A stretch of DNA of 29,786 nt from an uncultured Syntrophomonas sp. (GCA_964510795.1 CAZEDT010000034.1:10905-40690); one strand, 5' to 3'; shown: positions 17,588 to 28,352, counted from the stretch's first letter. Notes: generated from the sequence alone by a model not told the origin. Made by a program: numbers and translations.

Positions 17588-18493
17588 GTGGCAATCGGTT
17601 ATGCATGTATTCCTCTGGGGTTAAACGATGGCGGAATGAGGGGCTGCATCCTGAAAAATGCCAGTCCTGAGCGGCTGGATCAGATTACGAATACCAACCT
17701 GCAAACGCTGAACCGGGTATTGGATTACAATGCCACCCATGCAATCAAATTGTTTCGCATCAGCTCTGATATAATCCCTTTTGGCTCTCACCCGGACATT
17801 CAGAATACCTGGTGGATTAGCCATGCCGAAGTACTGCAGAAAACAGGAGAAAAAATAAGGCATCTGAATATGCGCGTTTCCATGCATCCCGGTCAGTACA
17901 CCGTACTTAATGCTTTGGATCAAGATATAGTGAAACGGGCGGTGGCCGACTTGGAATACCACGCACGCTTTTTGGATGCCCTGGGGTTAGATGCCCGACA
18001 TAAAATCATAATTCACCTGGGTGGAGTATATGGCGACCCACAGCAATCTGCTGCTCGTTTTGAGAAGAACTTTGAACTCCTGTCGCTTAAGGTCCGGCGG
18101 CGCCTGGTGATAGAAAATGATGAGAAATATCATATCTCCGAGGTACTGCATTTAGCCAGAAAGCTAGGAATTCCTGCGGTAATCGACGTCTTCCATCACC
18201 AGTGTTATCCTGCACCCGGCGGGAAAGACGTATATCAGTGGCTGGACGACTGTCGCCAGACCTGGCAGCCTGAGGACGGCATTCAGAAGATCCACTATTC
18301 CCAGCAGGAACCTGGTTTACGCGCAGGGGCACATGCCCACAGCATTCAACTGCAGCCATTCCTGGATTTTTACGACCAATTACCGGCCCAGCCGCTGGAT
18401 ATCATGCTGGAATGCAAGGACAAAGACCTCTCAGCCATCAAATGCCTACTGGCTGTTAATAATATGGCCGCCGAAGACATGTGGAAATTATAG
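17588..18493 (+). CDS. uvsE: UV DNA damage endonuclease
   Basis: 'IGYACIPLGLNDGGMRGCILKNASPERL...KLFRISSDIIPFGSHP...LNMRVSMHPGQYTVLNA...KIIIHLGGVYGD...LVIENDEKYH...PAVIDVFHHQCYP'. 'ggagga' RBS supports GTG 17588 rather than TTG 17573. Confidence 0.94.
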   Translation: MAIGYACIPLGLNDGGMRGCILKNASPERLDQITNTNLQTLNRVLDYNATHAIKLFRISSDIIPFGSHPDIQNTWWISHAEVLQKTGEKIRHLNMRVSMHPGQYTVLNALDQDIVKRAVADLEYHARFLDALGLDARHKIIIHLGGVYGDPQQSAARFEKNFELLSLKVRRRLVIENDEKYHISEVLHLARKLGIPAVIDVFHHQCYPAPGGKDVYQWLDDCRQTWQPEDGIQKIHYSQQEPGLRAGAHAHSIQLQPFLDFYDQLPAQPLDIMLECKDKDLSAIKCLLAVNNMAAEDMWKL

Positions 18494-18511
18494 AAGACGG
18501 GGGACAACTTT

Positions 18512-18943
18512 TTACATTTCCGGGCCTTTTCCAATGATCATTTTACCGTGAAAATATTTGCGGTGAATATCCGACGCCTGCTCTAGCCATTTTCCTAGTC
18601 CCTGTTCTTTTATAAAACACAGGTTAAATATTTTAAGGTTGTGTGGAATGGTGCTTGCCATGTCTGCTGCCGGGTTCAGGTTGGCACAGGGAAAATCTGA
18701 ACACTCAAAACAAAAATCTACCTTCCGCTCTATTGTACAAACATAGGTAGCACATTTATCCTTGATAACCGGACAATTACCATCCACAGCCCGGCAACCC
18801 GGACAGGGGACCGACTCCTGCTTATAACCCTTGGCTAACAAAGCCTCAAGGATAGCCGGGTTATCTTTAGCCCGATACATTACACATTCACCGCAATAAA
18901 TACCGCAGGGAGCGGCTACATGATGATTATTGCTTTCAGCCAT
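18512..18943 (-). CDS. DUF3795 domain protein, cysteine-rich
   Basis: 'MAESNNHHVAAPCGIYCGECVMYR...VPCPGCRAVDGNCPV...CATYVCTIERKVDFCFECSDFPC'; start at 18943 has RBS 'ggaggt' on the minus strand; the track start 19120 is too far upstream. Confidence 0.8.
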   Translation of the reverse strand: MAESNNHHVAAPCGIYCGECVMYRAKDNPAILEALLAKGYKQESVPCPGCRAVDGNCPVIKDKCATYVCTIERKVDFCFECSDFPCANLNPAADMASTIPHNLKIFNLCFIKEQGLGKWLEQASDIHRKYFHGKMIIGKGPEM

Positions 18944-19174
18944 AACAATACCTCCAATTAACGATAAGCTGTTGTTTTGGATTATTCGGCATAATAATAT
19001 GTAGCTCCTGCCTAAATCGGATATAAATGTGGGGTTTTTAGTGCAAATATGGATGGAGATATAGAAATAAAATGTTATGACGGTACGGAAAATAACCGGG
19101 TGACTTAACGTTGGATCCAATGTTAAGTCACCCGGTCTGCCAGTTTACTTGTTCGGAGAAGCTCTTACCTGGGC

Positions 19175-20764
19175 TTAGGATATAAATTTATCGTGGCCTT
19201 CCCAGTATTTCTTTCTCAGCTCTCTTTTCAGCATTTTACCTACTGCATTGCGGGGGATTAGATCAATATATTCTACCGACTTAGGTACTTTGAAACCAGC
19301 CAGACGTTGGCGGCAGAATTCAATTATCTCATCTTCACTTACAGAATAGCCTGACTTTAGGGCGACTATAGCCTTGACAGATTCACCCCATTTTTCATCG
19401 GGTACGCCAATAACTCCAGCATCGGCAATTCCTTCAATTTGCAGCAAGACACCCTCAATTTCGGCTGGATAAATATTGGTTCCGCCACTGACAATCATGT
19501 CTTTGGCCCGATCAACCAGATAAATATAACCGTCTTCATCCATGCGCGCCATATCACCTACGGTGCCCCACTCGTGGTCCAGGAAGGCTTCCTCGGTACC
19601 GGCTTCATTATTCCAGTATCCGTCCCATAATTGCGGACTGCGTCCATAGAGGTTACCAACTTCACCCTGTTTAACTTCCTGCCCGTTTTCGCCTACTACT
19701 TTTAATTCCATGTCAAACATGGCTTTGCCTATGCTGTTGGCTTTACCCTGTTTAAGCCATTCGTCAGCGGTGATCCGGGTTACAAAGCCCAGTTCAGAGC
19801 AGCCCAGCATGTTCGAGCATTCCGCATCCTTGAAGTTGTCGTACATTTTTTGAAAGATAGTAGTATGCATGGGAGCGCCGCAGGCCACCGCCTGTCTTAC
19901 CGATGACAGGTCATACTTGGACAAGGTTTCAGCCGGTAAAGATAACATCCAATCATACATAATAGGTACCATAAAGACACAGCTGGGGCGGTAGGTATCG
20001 ATGATCCGCAGGGTATTTTCAGGGATAAAAACGGGGACTACCAAGAGAGTTCCGCCTACCAGAAGGGTAGAGAACATATATCCGGCGGTAGCCGCTGCAT
20101 ACAGCGGAGCAACGATTAAGAAAGTGTCATCGCGGCGTAGTCCCATCTCGGTTATGGTTGCAATGCCCATATTATAATCACAATACATAGTCCGGGCAGC
20201 CCCTTTAGGGAGACCGGTTGTGCCGGAGGTATAGAAAAGCAGGTGCAGGTCGTCGGGTAATACCTCTACATCCGGCTCCTGGCTGCCTCCACTGGCCAGA
20301 AAAGCTTCGTAGGATAGGGCTCCTTCGGCTTCTCCATCGATAAGAATGATATGTTTTAACTGGGGAATTTTATCTTTGATCGATAATATCACGTCCAGTT
20401 GTTCTTTTTGGACAAACATGGCTGAGGCCCCACAATTATTGATTTGGTAGGCAATTTCATCTCCGGTTAATCGGTAATTGCCCAAAGTCATTGGAATTGA
20501 AGCCATATTGACAGCAACTATAATTTCTATGTATTCGAAGCAATTGGGCATATAGCTGATAACTCGGTCAGTTTTCTTTATGCCCAAGTCCAGTAAGGCA
20601 TTAGCCAGCTTAGTGCAGCGGTCCCACATTTCCTTATAGGTTTCTGATCTATCTTCGGTCTTGATCGCAACTTGTTGAGGATGCTTGATTACATGTCCCC
20701 TTATGGTGCTGATGTTATTGCTGCTAAGGCTTGTTTTTCCTGTTTTTTTGCCTGGAAAATCCAT
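19175..20764 (-). CDS. AMP-dependent acyl-CoA synthetase/ligase (ANL superfamily)
   Basis: 'LLFYTSGTTGLPKGA', 'GDMARMDEDGYIYLVDRAKDMIVSGGTNIYPAEIE', 'PRNAVGKMLKREL'. Confidence 0.93.
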   Translation of the reverse strand: MDFPGKKTGKTSLSSNNISTIRGHVIKHPQQVAIKTEDRSETYKEMWDRCTKLANALLDLGIKKTDRVISYMPNCFEYIEIIVAVNMASIPMTLGNYRLTGDEIAYQINNCGASAMFVQKEQLDVILSIKDKIPQLKHIILIDGEAEGALSYEAFLASGGSQEPDVEVLPDDLHLLFYTSGTTGLPKGAARTMYCDYNMGIATITEMGLRRDDTFLIVAPLYAAATAGYMFSTLLVGGTLLVVPVFIPENTLRIIDTYRPSCVFMVPIMYDWMLSLPAETLSKYDLSSVRQAVACGAPMHTTIFQKMYDNFKDAECSNMLGCSELGFVTRITADEWLKQGKANSIGKAMFDMELKVVGENGQEVKQGEVGNLYGRSPQLWDGYWNNEAGTEEAFLDHEWGTVGDMARMDEDGYIYLVDRAKDMIVSGGTNIYPAEIEGVLLQIEGIADAGVIGVPDEKWGESVKAIVALKSGYSVSEDEIIEFCRQRLAGFKVPKSVEYIDLIPRNAVGKMLKRELRKKYWEGHDKFIS

Positions 20765-20918
20765 TCTTGTACCCCCCTTTTTTATAAGTCATGATAAATC
20801 GTAATTCAAACTCAGGTATACTAACTACCAATCCTCCCTTAAATTTTTTTGGCATCATCCGAATAAATCAACCAATAAGTTATTGGCAAGATTTCATAGA
20901 AACACAGCTGACGCTTAT

Positions 20919-22538
20919 CTATTTTTTGGCCTCTTCCATAGCTAGAAGTGCCTTCCGGTCAGGTTTTCCCACTGAGGTTCGGGGGAGTTCACTGATAAAC
21001 TTGACATATTTCGGTATTTTATAGGGTGCCAGATCTTTTCGGCAGTAGGTAATTAACTCATCTTCAGTCATTTTGCTGCCGGCTTTACAAACCACGAAGA
21101 CCTTAATGCTCTGCCCTCGCTTCTCGTCTGCCACACCTATGGCACAGGTTTCCAGTATAGCGGGATGTCCATGCAGTACTTCATCTATTTCCCGGGGATA
21201 AACATTAAAACCACTGCTTATTACCATGTCTTTTTTGCGATCAACAATGCTTATGTATCCGTCTTCGTCTATTGTCACTATATCACCCGTATAGAGCCAA
21301 CCATCCCGCAATTCACCAATGCCAGCTGAGGAGTTCTGCCAGTATCCCTTCATTACTTGAGGTCCTCGGGCAATCAGTTCACCAGGTTCACCCGGCGGCA
21401 TATCTGTGGTTCCGCTTTCCAGGTCGACGATTCTTATCTCCACATCTGGCCAGGGTATACCTACCGTGCCAATCTTTTGCTGTTTATAAACGGGATTGCA
21501 ACAGAGAACGTTCGAGCTTTCAGCCAGGCCATAACCTTCAATTATCCTGCATCCTGATAGTTGTTCGAATTTATTGAGTACATCGAGGGGCAATGGGGAG
21601 GCGCCACAAATTACACTGATTAATGAACTGAGCTTGGACTGGAGGGTTGCGGGGTGATTATTAAGCCCGATAATCATAGCTGGTACCATCGAGGTTAGGT
21701 TAGGTTTACTTTCGTCTATAGCTCCGAGGATATTTTCGCTGGAGGGTTGCGCCACAAGGATAACGGTTCCGGCGTAAAACATGCTCAGGTTGAGGCTGCA
21801 ATTGAATCCCTGAGTGTGATATAGGGGGATAAGGGCCAGGACTTTAAGATATTCGACTTGTTTCATAAGGGGATAATACCAGTTGCCGTCCTGGTAGGAT
21901 ATTGCTGTCAGATTAAAATTGCTTAGCGCACAACCTCTAGGTACCCCGGTAGTTCCGCCGGTGTATTGCAGCATAGCAATATCATCTGAATTAATTAATA
22001 TGTCGGGTTCCTTATCTTCGCCTGAAGCCATGATTTCATCGAAACTGTATATACCAGTGTGCACCGACATCAGTGGGGCTGGAATCTGCACCACGATAAC
22101 CGTTTTTATGGCAGTATGACCGTTCTTTAATATTTCAATAGCCTTATCAGCATAAGGAGCCATTACCACAACTGTTTCAGTTCCACTATCCTTAAACTGG
22201 AAAGTTAATTCCTTTACAGTATATAATGGATTTGCTGGAACCAATATGGCTCCTAATTTGAAGCAGGCCTGAGTGGTAATTAAGAACTGAGGAATGTTAA
22301 GCATCATTAAACCGACCCGGTCACCCTTCTTAACACCCAGTTTCACTAAACCATTAGCCAGTTTGCGGGCCATAGAATTGGCTTGGCTGTAGCTTATTTC
22401 TAGTTCCTTAAAAATGATATAGGGCCGGTCTGGATAGGCTCCGGCATTACGATTGAAAAAATCTTTTAGTGGGAGCCGGGGATAGTCCAGGTGCGAAGGA
22501 ACTCCATCGTCATACCATTTAAGCCAGCTTTTTTCCAC
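20919..22538 (-). CDS. AMP-dependent long/medium-chain acyl-CoA ligase
   Basis: 'MLQYTGGTTGVPRGCALSN', 'YTGDIVTIDEDGYISIVDRKKDMVISSGFNVYPREIDEVL', 'LPRTSVGKPDRKAL'. Confidence 0.93.
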   Translation of the reverse strand: MEKSWLKWYDDGVPSHLDYPRLPLKDFFNRNAGAYPDRPYIIFKELEISYSQANSMARKLANGLVKLGVKKGDRVGLMMLNIPQFLITTQACFKLGAILVPANPLYTVKELTFQFKDSGTETVVVMAPYADKAIEILKNGHTAIKTVIVVQIPAPLMSVHTGIYSFDEIMASGEDKEPDILINSDDIAMLQYTGGTTGVPRGCALSNFNLTAISYQDGNWYYPLMKQVEYLKVLALIPLYHTQGFNCSLNLSMFYAGTVILVAQPSSENILGAIDESKPNLTSMVPAMIIGLNNHPATLQSKLSSLISVICGASPLPLDVLNKFEQLSGCRIIEGYGLAESSNVLCCNPVYKQQKIGTVGIPWPDVEIRIVDLESGTTDMPPGEPGELIARGPQVMKGYWQNSSAGIGELRDGWLYTGDIVTIDEDGYISIVDRKKDMVISSGFNVYPREIDEVLHGHPAILETCAIGVADEKRGQSIKVFVVCKAGSKMTEDELITYCRKDLAPYKIPKYVKFISELPRTSVGKPDRKALLAMEEAKK

Positions 22539-22794
22539 AACAATTCGCCCTTTCTTATCACAATTATTTTAATGAGTGGAGTAACTTGCTAATGTCATGC
22601 GTTTTTGCAATATTATATTTATATTTGTTGATAATTACTGAATCAAGACACTTTCTCTTAGCTGTATTTTAACACAGCTAAATATAATTTAATAGTAACA
22701 AAAGGCTGGATAGTTGGCTATAATATAATGTGACGGTAACAGAATGATTTAAGAGTAACATTATTACTTTATAACATATAGAAATATGTAGGAG

Positions 22795-23796
22795 TTGTTT
22801 TATGTGGCACAAGCCAAAATGTTGAACCGTGATGCCATTACGTCATTTTTTTTGTGGGGCAAGCCGAATCGAGGATATCGTTGGGCTGAACGTAAAGAAA
22901 TTGAGCAGGGACTTAATGTGGAATCACTTAACACCGTAGAAGGCCCATTTATGGTCGAAGACAGAAGCTCATTAAATTACGTTTTATATCACCCCTTGGA
23001 GGAGGAACCTACGCTCTTCTTGAAGTTTGCTGCCTGCGGGTCTGAACTTCAAGCCGTCCTGGACTTTGCGAACCGTTATGGCTGCTTGCGGGAGACTTCG
23101 ACTGATTCTCAGTTCAGAATGGTACGGCATTTTTTTATGGCGGATTTTTCATTGGTTAGAAAGCGTTTCCCGCTTAGATACGAATATGAGCTTGACTCAT
23201 TGGACTTCTGGCGTAATGAGATTAAGGATATGAAGAAAACCGTGCAGATCTGGGAATGGTTAAACGATCGCAATGAAAGCCAATTAGAACAGCTTATCAA
23301 ATGGAAAGAGACTGATTCTGATTTTATTCAACCTTTTATTGAGTGGGATTCCGAATTTATCGCAAGCTCTAACAATCATGGCGGCTCGGATTCCACGTTT
23401 GCAGAAGCATTTACCCAGGGAGACACTTATTCTCTATATTCTCCTTTGGGGGATTATTCCTGTTTCGTACCGGGAGATGTATTCCTGCCTGCCCGATATT
23501 TAATTCAAAATCGCATTAACGAGAAATTAATACGTTTCCCCAGTTATATTCAACTAGCCAGCGATGATGAAGGCAATATAATTAATTGTGTTCAACCCCG
23601 CAATCTGCTGGCTGCTATGTGGCTGCAGTTTTTTGCGGTAATCAGTGGTACTAAAAAAGTAAAAAAATGTTCTGTGTGTGGAGACTGGGAGGATGTAAGC
23701 AATAACCGTTCAACCTGGACCAAACACCCGGAATGCGCTGCTCGTGAGAAAACTGCCCGTTATCGGCAAAAAAAACAGATTGATAGCAGCGAGTAA
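22795..23796 (+). CDS. Hypothetical protein with C-terminal zinc-binding cysteine cluster
   Basis: Intact 333-aa ORF; C-terminus 'KKVKKCSVCGDWEDVSNNRSTWTKHPECAAREKTARYRQKKQ' resembles CGNR-type zinc knuckles. Start may be TTG 22795 or GTG 22804. Confidence 0.7.
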   Translation: MFYVAQAKMLNRDAITSFFLWGKPNRGYRWAERKEIEQGLNVESLNTVEGPFMVEDRSSLNYVLYHPLEEEPTLFLKFAACGSELQAVLDFANRYGCLRETSTDSQFRMVRHFFMADFSLVRKRFPLRYEYELDSLDFWRNEIKDMKKTVQIWEWLNDRNESQLEQLIKWKETDSDFIQPFIEWDSEFIASSNNHGGSDSTFAEAFTQGDTYSLYSPLGDYSCFVPGDVFLPARYLIQNRINEKLIRFPSYIQLASDDEGNIINCVQPRNLLAAMWLQFFAVISGTKKVKKCSVCGDWEDVSNNRSTWTKHPECAAREKTARYRQKKQIDSSE

Positions 23797-24021
23797 AGAA
23801 AGCCAACAACCATATTTTCTCAAGGGATGCATCTAGGGGGTTCCGGGTGGATTTATTCTTCTGTAATTAGTGAAAGAAAGATTAAGCTGCAATCGTAATA
23901 TGTGCTGAAACCAAAATTCACGATTCCGCGGCAATGAATGATTGATGGGAGTAGTATGGATTAGCATGGTAGGTTGTTGAAGCATAACTGAATTATTTTA
24001 TTTAAAGTACAGGAGGCAATA

Positions 24022-25029
24022 ATGAAAGCTACTAAAAAAATCCTAGCACTTGCAACAATTTGTACAGTTTTGACAGTGAGCGCTCCCGTTTATGCAGAAA
24101 CTATACCGACTAAAGCAAAAGACTTGGGGGTTGTTTCTACCCAGATGGTGAACCCGGTGTACTCCATTAATGTTAATGGAGAATATATAAAAAATGCCCA
24201 TGTCTATGTATCTGAAGATCGAGTGATGATTCCGCTGCGACAGGTTTTCGAAAGACTGGGTTTTAAGGTTAATTGGAACGATAAAACTAAAATGATTGCC
24301 CTAGAGAAAATGCCGGTCTACATAACCTTATTTGCGGGTGCTGACGGATATACATTCGCTAAAACGGCCCCCCTAAAGTTAGGGAAGGCTCCAGAAATAA
24401 TTAACGGAGTAACTTACGTGCCGGTGGAAATAATGAGTGAGATTTTAAAGGCTGAACTGAAAGTGCAAACCAACGGAGCCATAAGCATATCATATCCGGA
24501 AAAAGCCCCGCTGCCGTTTGTAAAAGCGAACATTAGCAGCGTTGCCAACACTACTGTAACCATTACTGATCCCCAGCGGGGGGAGGTAGTGTTAAATGTT
24601 AATGCTGCTACCGTCATTGAGGATAAGGATGGCAAGGCAGTTAAAATTGATGCTTTGAAAAAGGGCATGTCGATCGAGGTACAATACTCTCCGATTATGA
24701 CCGCGAGTATGCCCGCGCAGAACAGTCCGGTGAAAATCAAGATTAGCCAGCCTGCTGCGCCGGAAGAATCATCAGCTATAGAACTAAATTGCCAGGTAAC
24801 AGGTATCAATAATAATCAAATCACTGTTGCCCCGAGTGGTGCAGAAAGCACTGGGTATAATTCCGTAGTTCTCAATGTATCTGGAGATACTAAAATTACT
24901 GATGCTAAAGGTCAGACCGTATTATTAAGGGATATTAAGATCGGTATGAAATTGACGGTGAAACATTCACGGGCGATGACTATGAGTATTCCACCGCAAA
25001 CCCATGCTTTGGAAATAACCGTCCAGTAA
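24022..25029 (+). CDS. Secreted copper-amine-oxidase-like N-terminal (stalk) domain protein
   Basis: Signal peptide; 'VNPVYSINVNGEYIKNAHVYVSEDRVMIPLRQVFERLGFKVNWNDKTKMIAL' and 'PEIINGVTYVPVEIMSEIL'. Confidence 0.88.
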   Translation: MKATKKILALATICTVLTVSAPVYAETIPTKAKDLGVVSTQMVNPVYSINVNGEYIKNAHVYVSEDRVMIPLRQVFERLGFKVNWNDKTKMIALEKMPVYITLFAGADGYTFAKTAPLKLGKAPEIINGVTYVPVEIMSEILKAELKVQTNGAISISYPEKAPLPFVKANISSVANTTVTITDPQRGEVVLNVNAATVIEDKDGKAVKIDALKKGMSIEVQYSPIMTASMPAQNSPVKIKISQPAAPEESSAIELNCQVTGINNNQITVAPSGAESTGYNSVVLNVSGDTKITDAKGQTVLLRDIKIGMKLTVKHSRAMTMSIPPQTHALEITVQ

Positions 25030-25077
25030 ACCGCAGGGGACAAGGGTGCAGGCTCTTGTCCCCTGCATTAGGCATTA

Positions 25078-26724
25078 TTACCCTTGCTTATTTTTTTCTC
25101 TTTGCCGCAGGGCGTTGCGCATGGGTTTACCAACTGTGGTGCGGGGCAATTCATCTATGAATTCAACCTGGGTTGGAACTTTATAGGGGGCCAGGCTTTT
25201 TCGGCAATGCTCTTTTACTTCTTCTTCGCTCATGGTTTCGTCGGGCTTCAAAATAATAAATAGCTTAGGAGTTTCTCCTCTTTTGGCATCAGGAATACCG
25301 ATAGCGCAGGCATCCAGTACTTTAGGATGGGTGTACATAACTTCGTCTATCTCCCGACAAAAAACATTGAAACCGCTGCAGAGTATCATATCCTTTTTGC
25401 GATCGACGATAGTGATAAAACCATCCTCATCCATGGTGGCGATATCGCCGGTATAGAGCCATCCGTCTCTTAACACATTGAGTGTTTCGGCAGGATTCTG
25501 CCAGTAGCCGCTCATAATTTGTGGGCCCTGGGCGATCAGCTCACCTGGTTCACCGATAGGCATGTCGGTTATACCTTCTTCAATATCCACGATGCGTATA
25601 TCAACGTCAGGCCAGGGAAGACCGACACTGCCTACTTTACGTTTAGTATAAAAGGGAGTGCAGGTAAGTACATTGGAAGTTTCCGATAGACCATAGCCCT
25701 CAGTTATTACTGCCCCTGATACTGCCTCGAAGGTGTTCAAGCCTTCCACTGCCAGAGGTGAAGACCCACAAATCATGCCTTTAATGGATTTAATCTTCGA
25801 TTTACCTATATCAGGGTGAGCGTTCAAACCATAAATCATAGCTGGAACTGCGGCAAAGAAATTAGGTTCGTGTTCGTTGATATTCTTCAGCAAATTATCA
25901 GGCGAGGGGCCATTGACCACTACAACGGTACCGCCTGCAATCATATTCATATTGATACTGGTATTAAACCCATAGATATGATAAAGAGGCATGGCTGCCA
26001 TGGCCTTTATATCCTCGGGTCTTTCAAAAGGAGGAGTAAACCACACTGTATCCTGATAGGCCATTGCTTCCAGATTGGCATTAGTCAAAATACACCCTTT
26101 GGATAAACCAGTCGTGCCGCCTGTATACTGCAACATGGCCAGATCATCAGCAGTAATCTCAATATACGGTTCCTGGTCCTCGCCTCTTGCCAGGAGTTCA
26201 TTATAGTCATAGATAAAAGAAGCCGACTCAATTTCAACTTGATTGGCAGTTTGAATTATAACAACTTTTTCAACGCCGGTGTTGTTAGCCTTAACAATTT
26301 CAATCACTTTGTTAGCAAAATGGGATTCGACAAAAACGATTTTAGAACCGCTGTCTGCGAATTGATGAGTTAATTCCGGAACAGTGTACATCGGGTTAGT
26401 CGGAACAATACCTGCTCCCAGCTTGAAACAGGCCTGCAAGCAGATTACATATTCAGTCAGATTGCTGCTCATGAGAGCTATACGATCACCCTTTACATAG
26501 CCCAGCGACAAAATCGAGTTGGCCAGCTTCTGTGCGACTGAGTTGGCCTCCTTATAAGTGAGGTGCTTATCTCCCCACACTAAATAAGCTTTATCGGGGT
26601 TCTTAGCCACCCAATTATTAAAATGGTCTTTCATAGGAATCCTGGGGTAATCAATACTGTGAGGAACTCCCTGATCATAAAATTCATACCACCGTCTCTC
26701 CATAATACCCACCTCCACAACCAT
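25078..26724 (-). CDS. AMP-dependent long/medium-chain acyl-CoA ligase, paralog of 20919..22538
   Basis: 'MLQYTGGTTGLSKGCILTNAN', 'YTGDIATMDEDGFITIVDRKKDMILCSGFNVFCREIDEVM', 'LPRTTVGKPMRNAL'. Confidence 0.93.
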   Translation of the reverse strand: MVVEVGIMERRWYEFYDQGVPHSIDYPRIPMKDHFNNWVAKNPDKAYLVWGDKHLTYKEANSVAQKLANSILSLGYVKGDRIALMSSNLTEYVICLQACFKLGAGIVPTNPMYTVPELTHQFADSGSKIVFVESHFANKVIEIVKANNTGVEKVVIIQTANQVEIESASFIYDYNELLARGEDQEPYIEITADDLAMLQYTGGTTGLSKGCILTNANLEAMAYQDTVWFTPPFERPEDIKAMAAMPLYHIYGFNTSINMNMIAGGTVVVVNGPSPDNLLKNINEHEPNFFAAVPAMIYGLNAHPDIGKSKIKSIKGMICGSSPLAVEGLNTFEAVSGAVITEGYGLSETSNVLTCTPFYTKRKVGSVGLPWPDVDIRIVDIEEGITDMPIGEPGELIAQGPQIMSGYWQNPAETLNVLRDGWLYTGDIATMDEDGFITIVDRKKDMILCSGFNVFCREIDEVMYTHPKVLDACAIGIPDAKRGETPKLFIILKPDETMSEEEVKEHCRKSLAPYKVPTQVEFIDELPRTTVGKPMRNALRQREKNKQG

Positions 26725-26916
26725 TATTTGTCATAATTATATTATATTACAAAAATGTATAATTTGTGTAGATATTAGAGGCGGTTATGGTCTGTTTTGT
26801 TCATGTATTTAAATTTTCCACAATATTCACAAAGTGCTGTTTGATACCAACTAATTAATTTAGTTATAATAAATAAGACTAAGATAAAACCAATAACGAA
26901 GGGAGAAATATACATA

Positions 26917-28284
26917 ATGAAGCATAAGTCATTATATCTTGTTACAGTAATTGTCCTATTATTGTTGCCCTGTGGACTGGTAATGGGATATGAAAACAAT
27001 GGTATTTATACGAAAGCTACCTTGATTCTGAATAACCCCGAATTAAATGTAATACAAGACGGCAATGCCACAAACCACAAGCTGGACTGTGCTCCTTACA
27101 ATCCTGATGGAACCACTCTGATTCCAGTACGGGGAGTTTTGGATGCTTGCGGAGATACGGTGACCTGGTCTCCTGCGCAAAGGCAGGTAGAAGTAAGTAA
27201 TTCTAATAGTAGAATTATCATGACATTGAATTCGGATATGGCTACTGTAAATAATGCCGTAGTTAAAATGAGCCGTCCTGCACAGGTAGTCAATGGGCGC
27301 ACGATGATCCCACTGCGATTTGTATCAGAAAATATGGGCTATGAGGTTAAATGGTACGCCAACGAACAGAAGATAGAAATAATCAAGCAGATTGCAGCTC
27401 GAGTAAATGGGAAAGCAATCAGCTTAAGCGATGTGAACAAAACTCAGGCTATTTACAAATATGTACTGGAGAAAAATTATGGCCCAGCAGTATGGGAACA
27501 AAAAGATGAAAAAGGAAATCGGGTTTTTGCTAACCTTCAGGATATGATATTAAATGAACTGATAATAGGTGAAGTGACACAGCAAAAGGCCGTTAACGAC
27601 AAGGTAACGGTCAGTGTTGGCGAAATCGAGCAGGCCCTCAAGGCTTATCTGGCTAATGCCCAGCAAGACCCTGGGCTGGTAGCGGTTCTAACGAAAAACT
27701 CCATCAGTGACAGCTATCTTCGGCAGATGATAAGTCGGGACATATTGGTAAATAAGTACAATGTGAATTACCTTAATTCAGTAAAAATCAGCGATAACGA
27801 GATCAAAGCCTATTTCCAGGCCAACCAATCCGTCTTCAATGAAGAGCAAGTCAAAGCAGCCCATATCCTGATTAAGACCCTGGATACCAGTAAGCCCGAG
27901 AATAATAATGCCAACCAGGCCTCGCTCCAGAAAGCTCAGGATATTCTTAAACGAGCTCAGGGGGGAGAGGAATTTGCTGCTCTGGCTAAAGAATATTCGC
28001 AAGATCCCGGTTCCGCTTTCCAGGGGGGGGATCTGGGTTATTTCAGCCGAGGGCAGATGGTTAAACCATTCGAGGATGCGGCCTTCAGTCTGCGTCCAGG
28101 ACAGATATCGGGGATAGTTCAAAGCATTTATGGTTATCACATAATCAAAGTATTGGATCACAAAACCGAAATTGCCTCCCTGAATGATCTTAACAGACAA
28201 ATTATTCAAGGCACCTTAATAAAAGAAAAGGCTCGTATTCACGCCGATGAACTGGTCAAAGCCGCCCAGGTGCAAAAATACTAA
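26917..28284 (+). CDS. Exported stalk-domain / SurA-like N-terminal / PpiC parvulin-type peptidyl-prolyl isomerase
   Basis: 'GTTLIPVRGVLDACGDTVTWSPAQRQVEV', 'GRTMIPLRFVSENMGYEVKW', then 'EEQVKAAHILIKTLD...GEEFAALAKEYSQDPGSAFQGGDLGYFSRGQMVKPFEDAAFSLRPGQISGIVQSIYGYHIIKVLDHK'. Confidence 0.93.
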   Translation: MKHKSLYLVTVIVLLLLPCGLVMGYENNGIYTKATLILNNPELNVIQDGNATNHKLDCAPYNPDGTTLIPVRGVLDACGDTVTWSPAQRQVEVSNSNSRIIMTLNSDMATVNNAVVKMSRPAQVVNGRTMIPLRFVSENMGYEVKWYANEQKIEIIKQIAARVNGKAISLSDVNKTQAIYKYVLEKNYGPAVWEQKDEKGNRVFANLQDMILNELIIGEVTQQKAVNDKVTVSVGEIEQALKAYLANAQQDPGLVAVLTKNSISDSYLRQMISRDILVNKYNVNYLNSVKISDNEIKAYFQANQSVFNEEQVKAAHILIKTLDTSKPENNNANQASLQKAQDILKRAQGGEEFAALAKEYSQDPGSAFQGGDLGYFSRGQMVKPFEDAAFSLRPGQISGIVQSIYGYHIIKVLDHKTEIASLNDLNRQIIQGTLIKEKARIHADELVKAAQVQKY

Positions 28285-28310
28285 TTTTAACTAACGATCT
28301 TATCAGACAG

Positions 28311-28352
28311 CCCGGTAGTTCTAGAAACTGCGGGGCCGTTTTTTTGTTCAGC
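28311..28352 (+). terminator. Rho-independent terminator after the parvulin gene
   Basis: CCCGGTAGTTctagAAACTGCGGGG stem-like sequence followed by a long T tract. Confidence 0.6.

Noticed and set aside
17331-17588. 85-aa plus-strand ORF before uvsE
   Set aside because: Runs through the terminator hairpin at 17394-17430 and lacks any family signature.
20791-21024. 77-aa plus-strand ORF
   Set aside because: Overlaps the 3' end of the 20919-22538 ligase on the opposite strand; no support.
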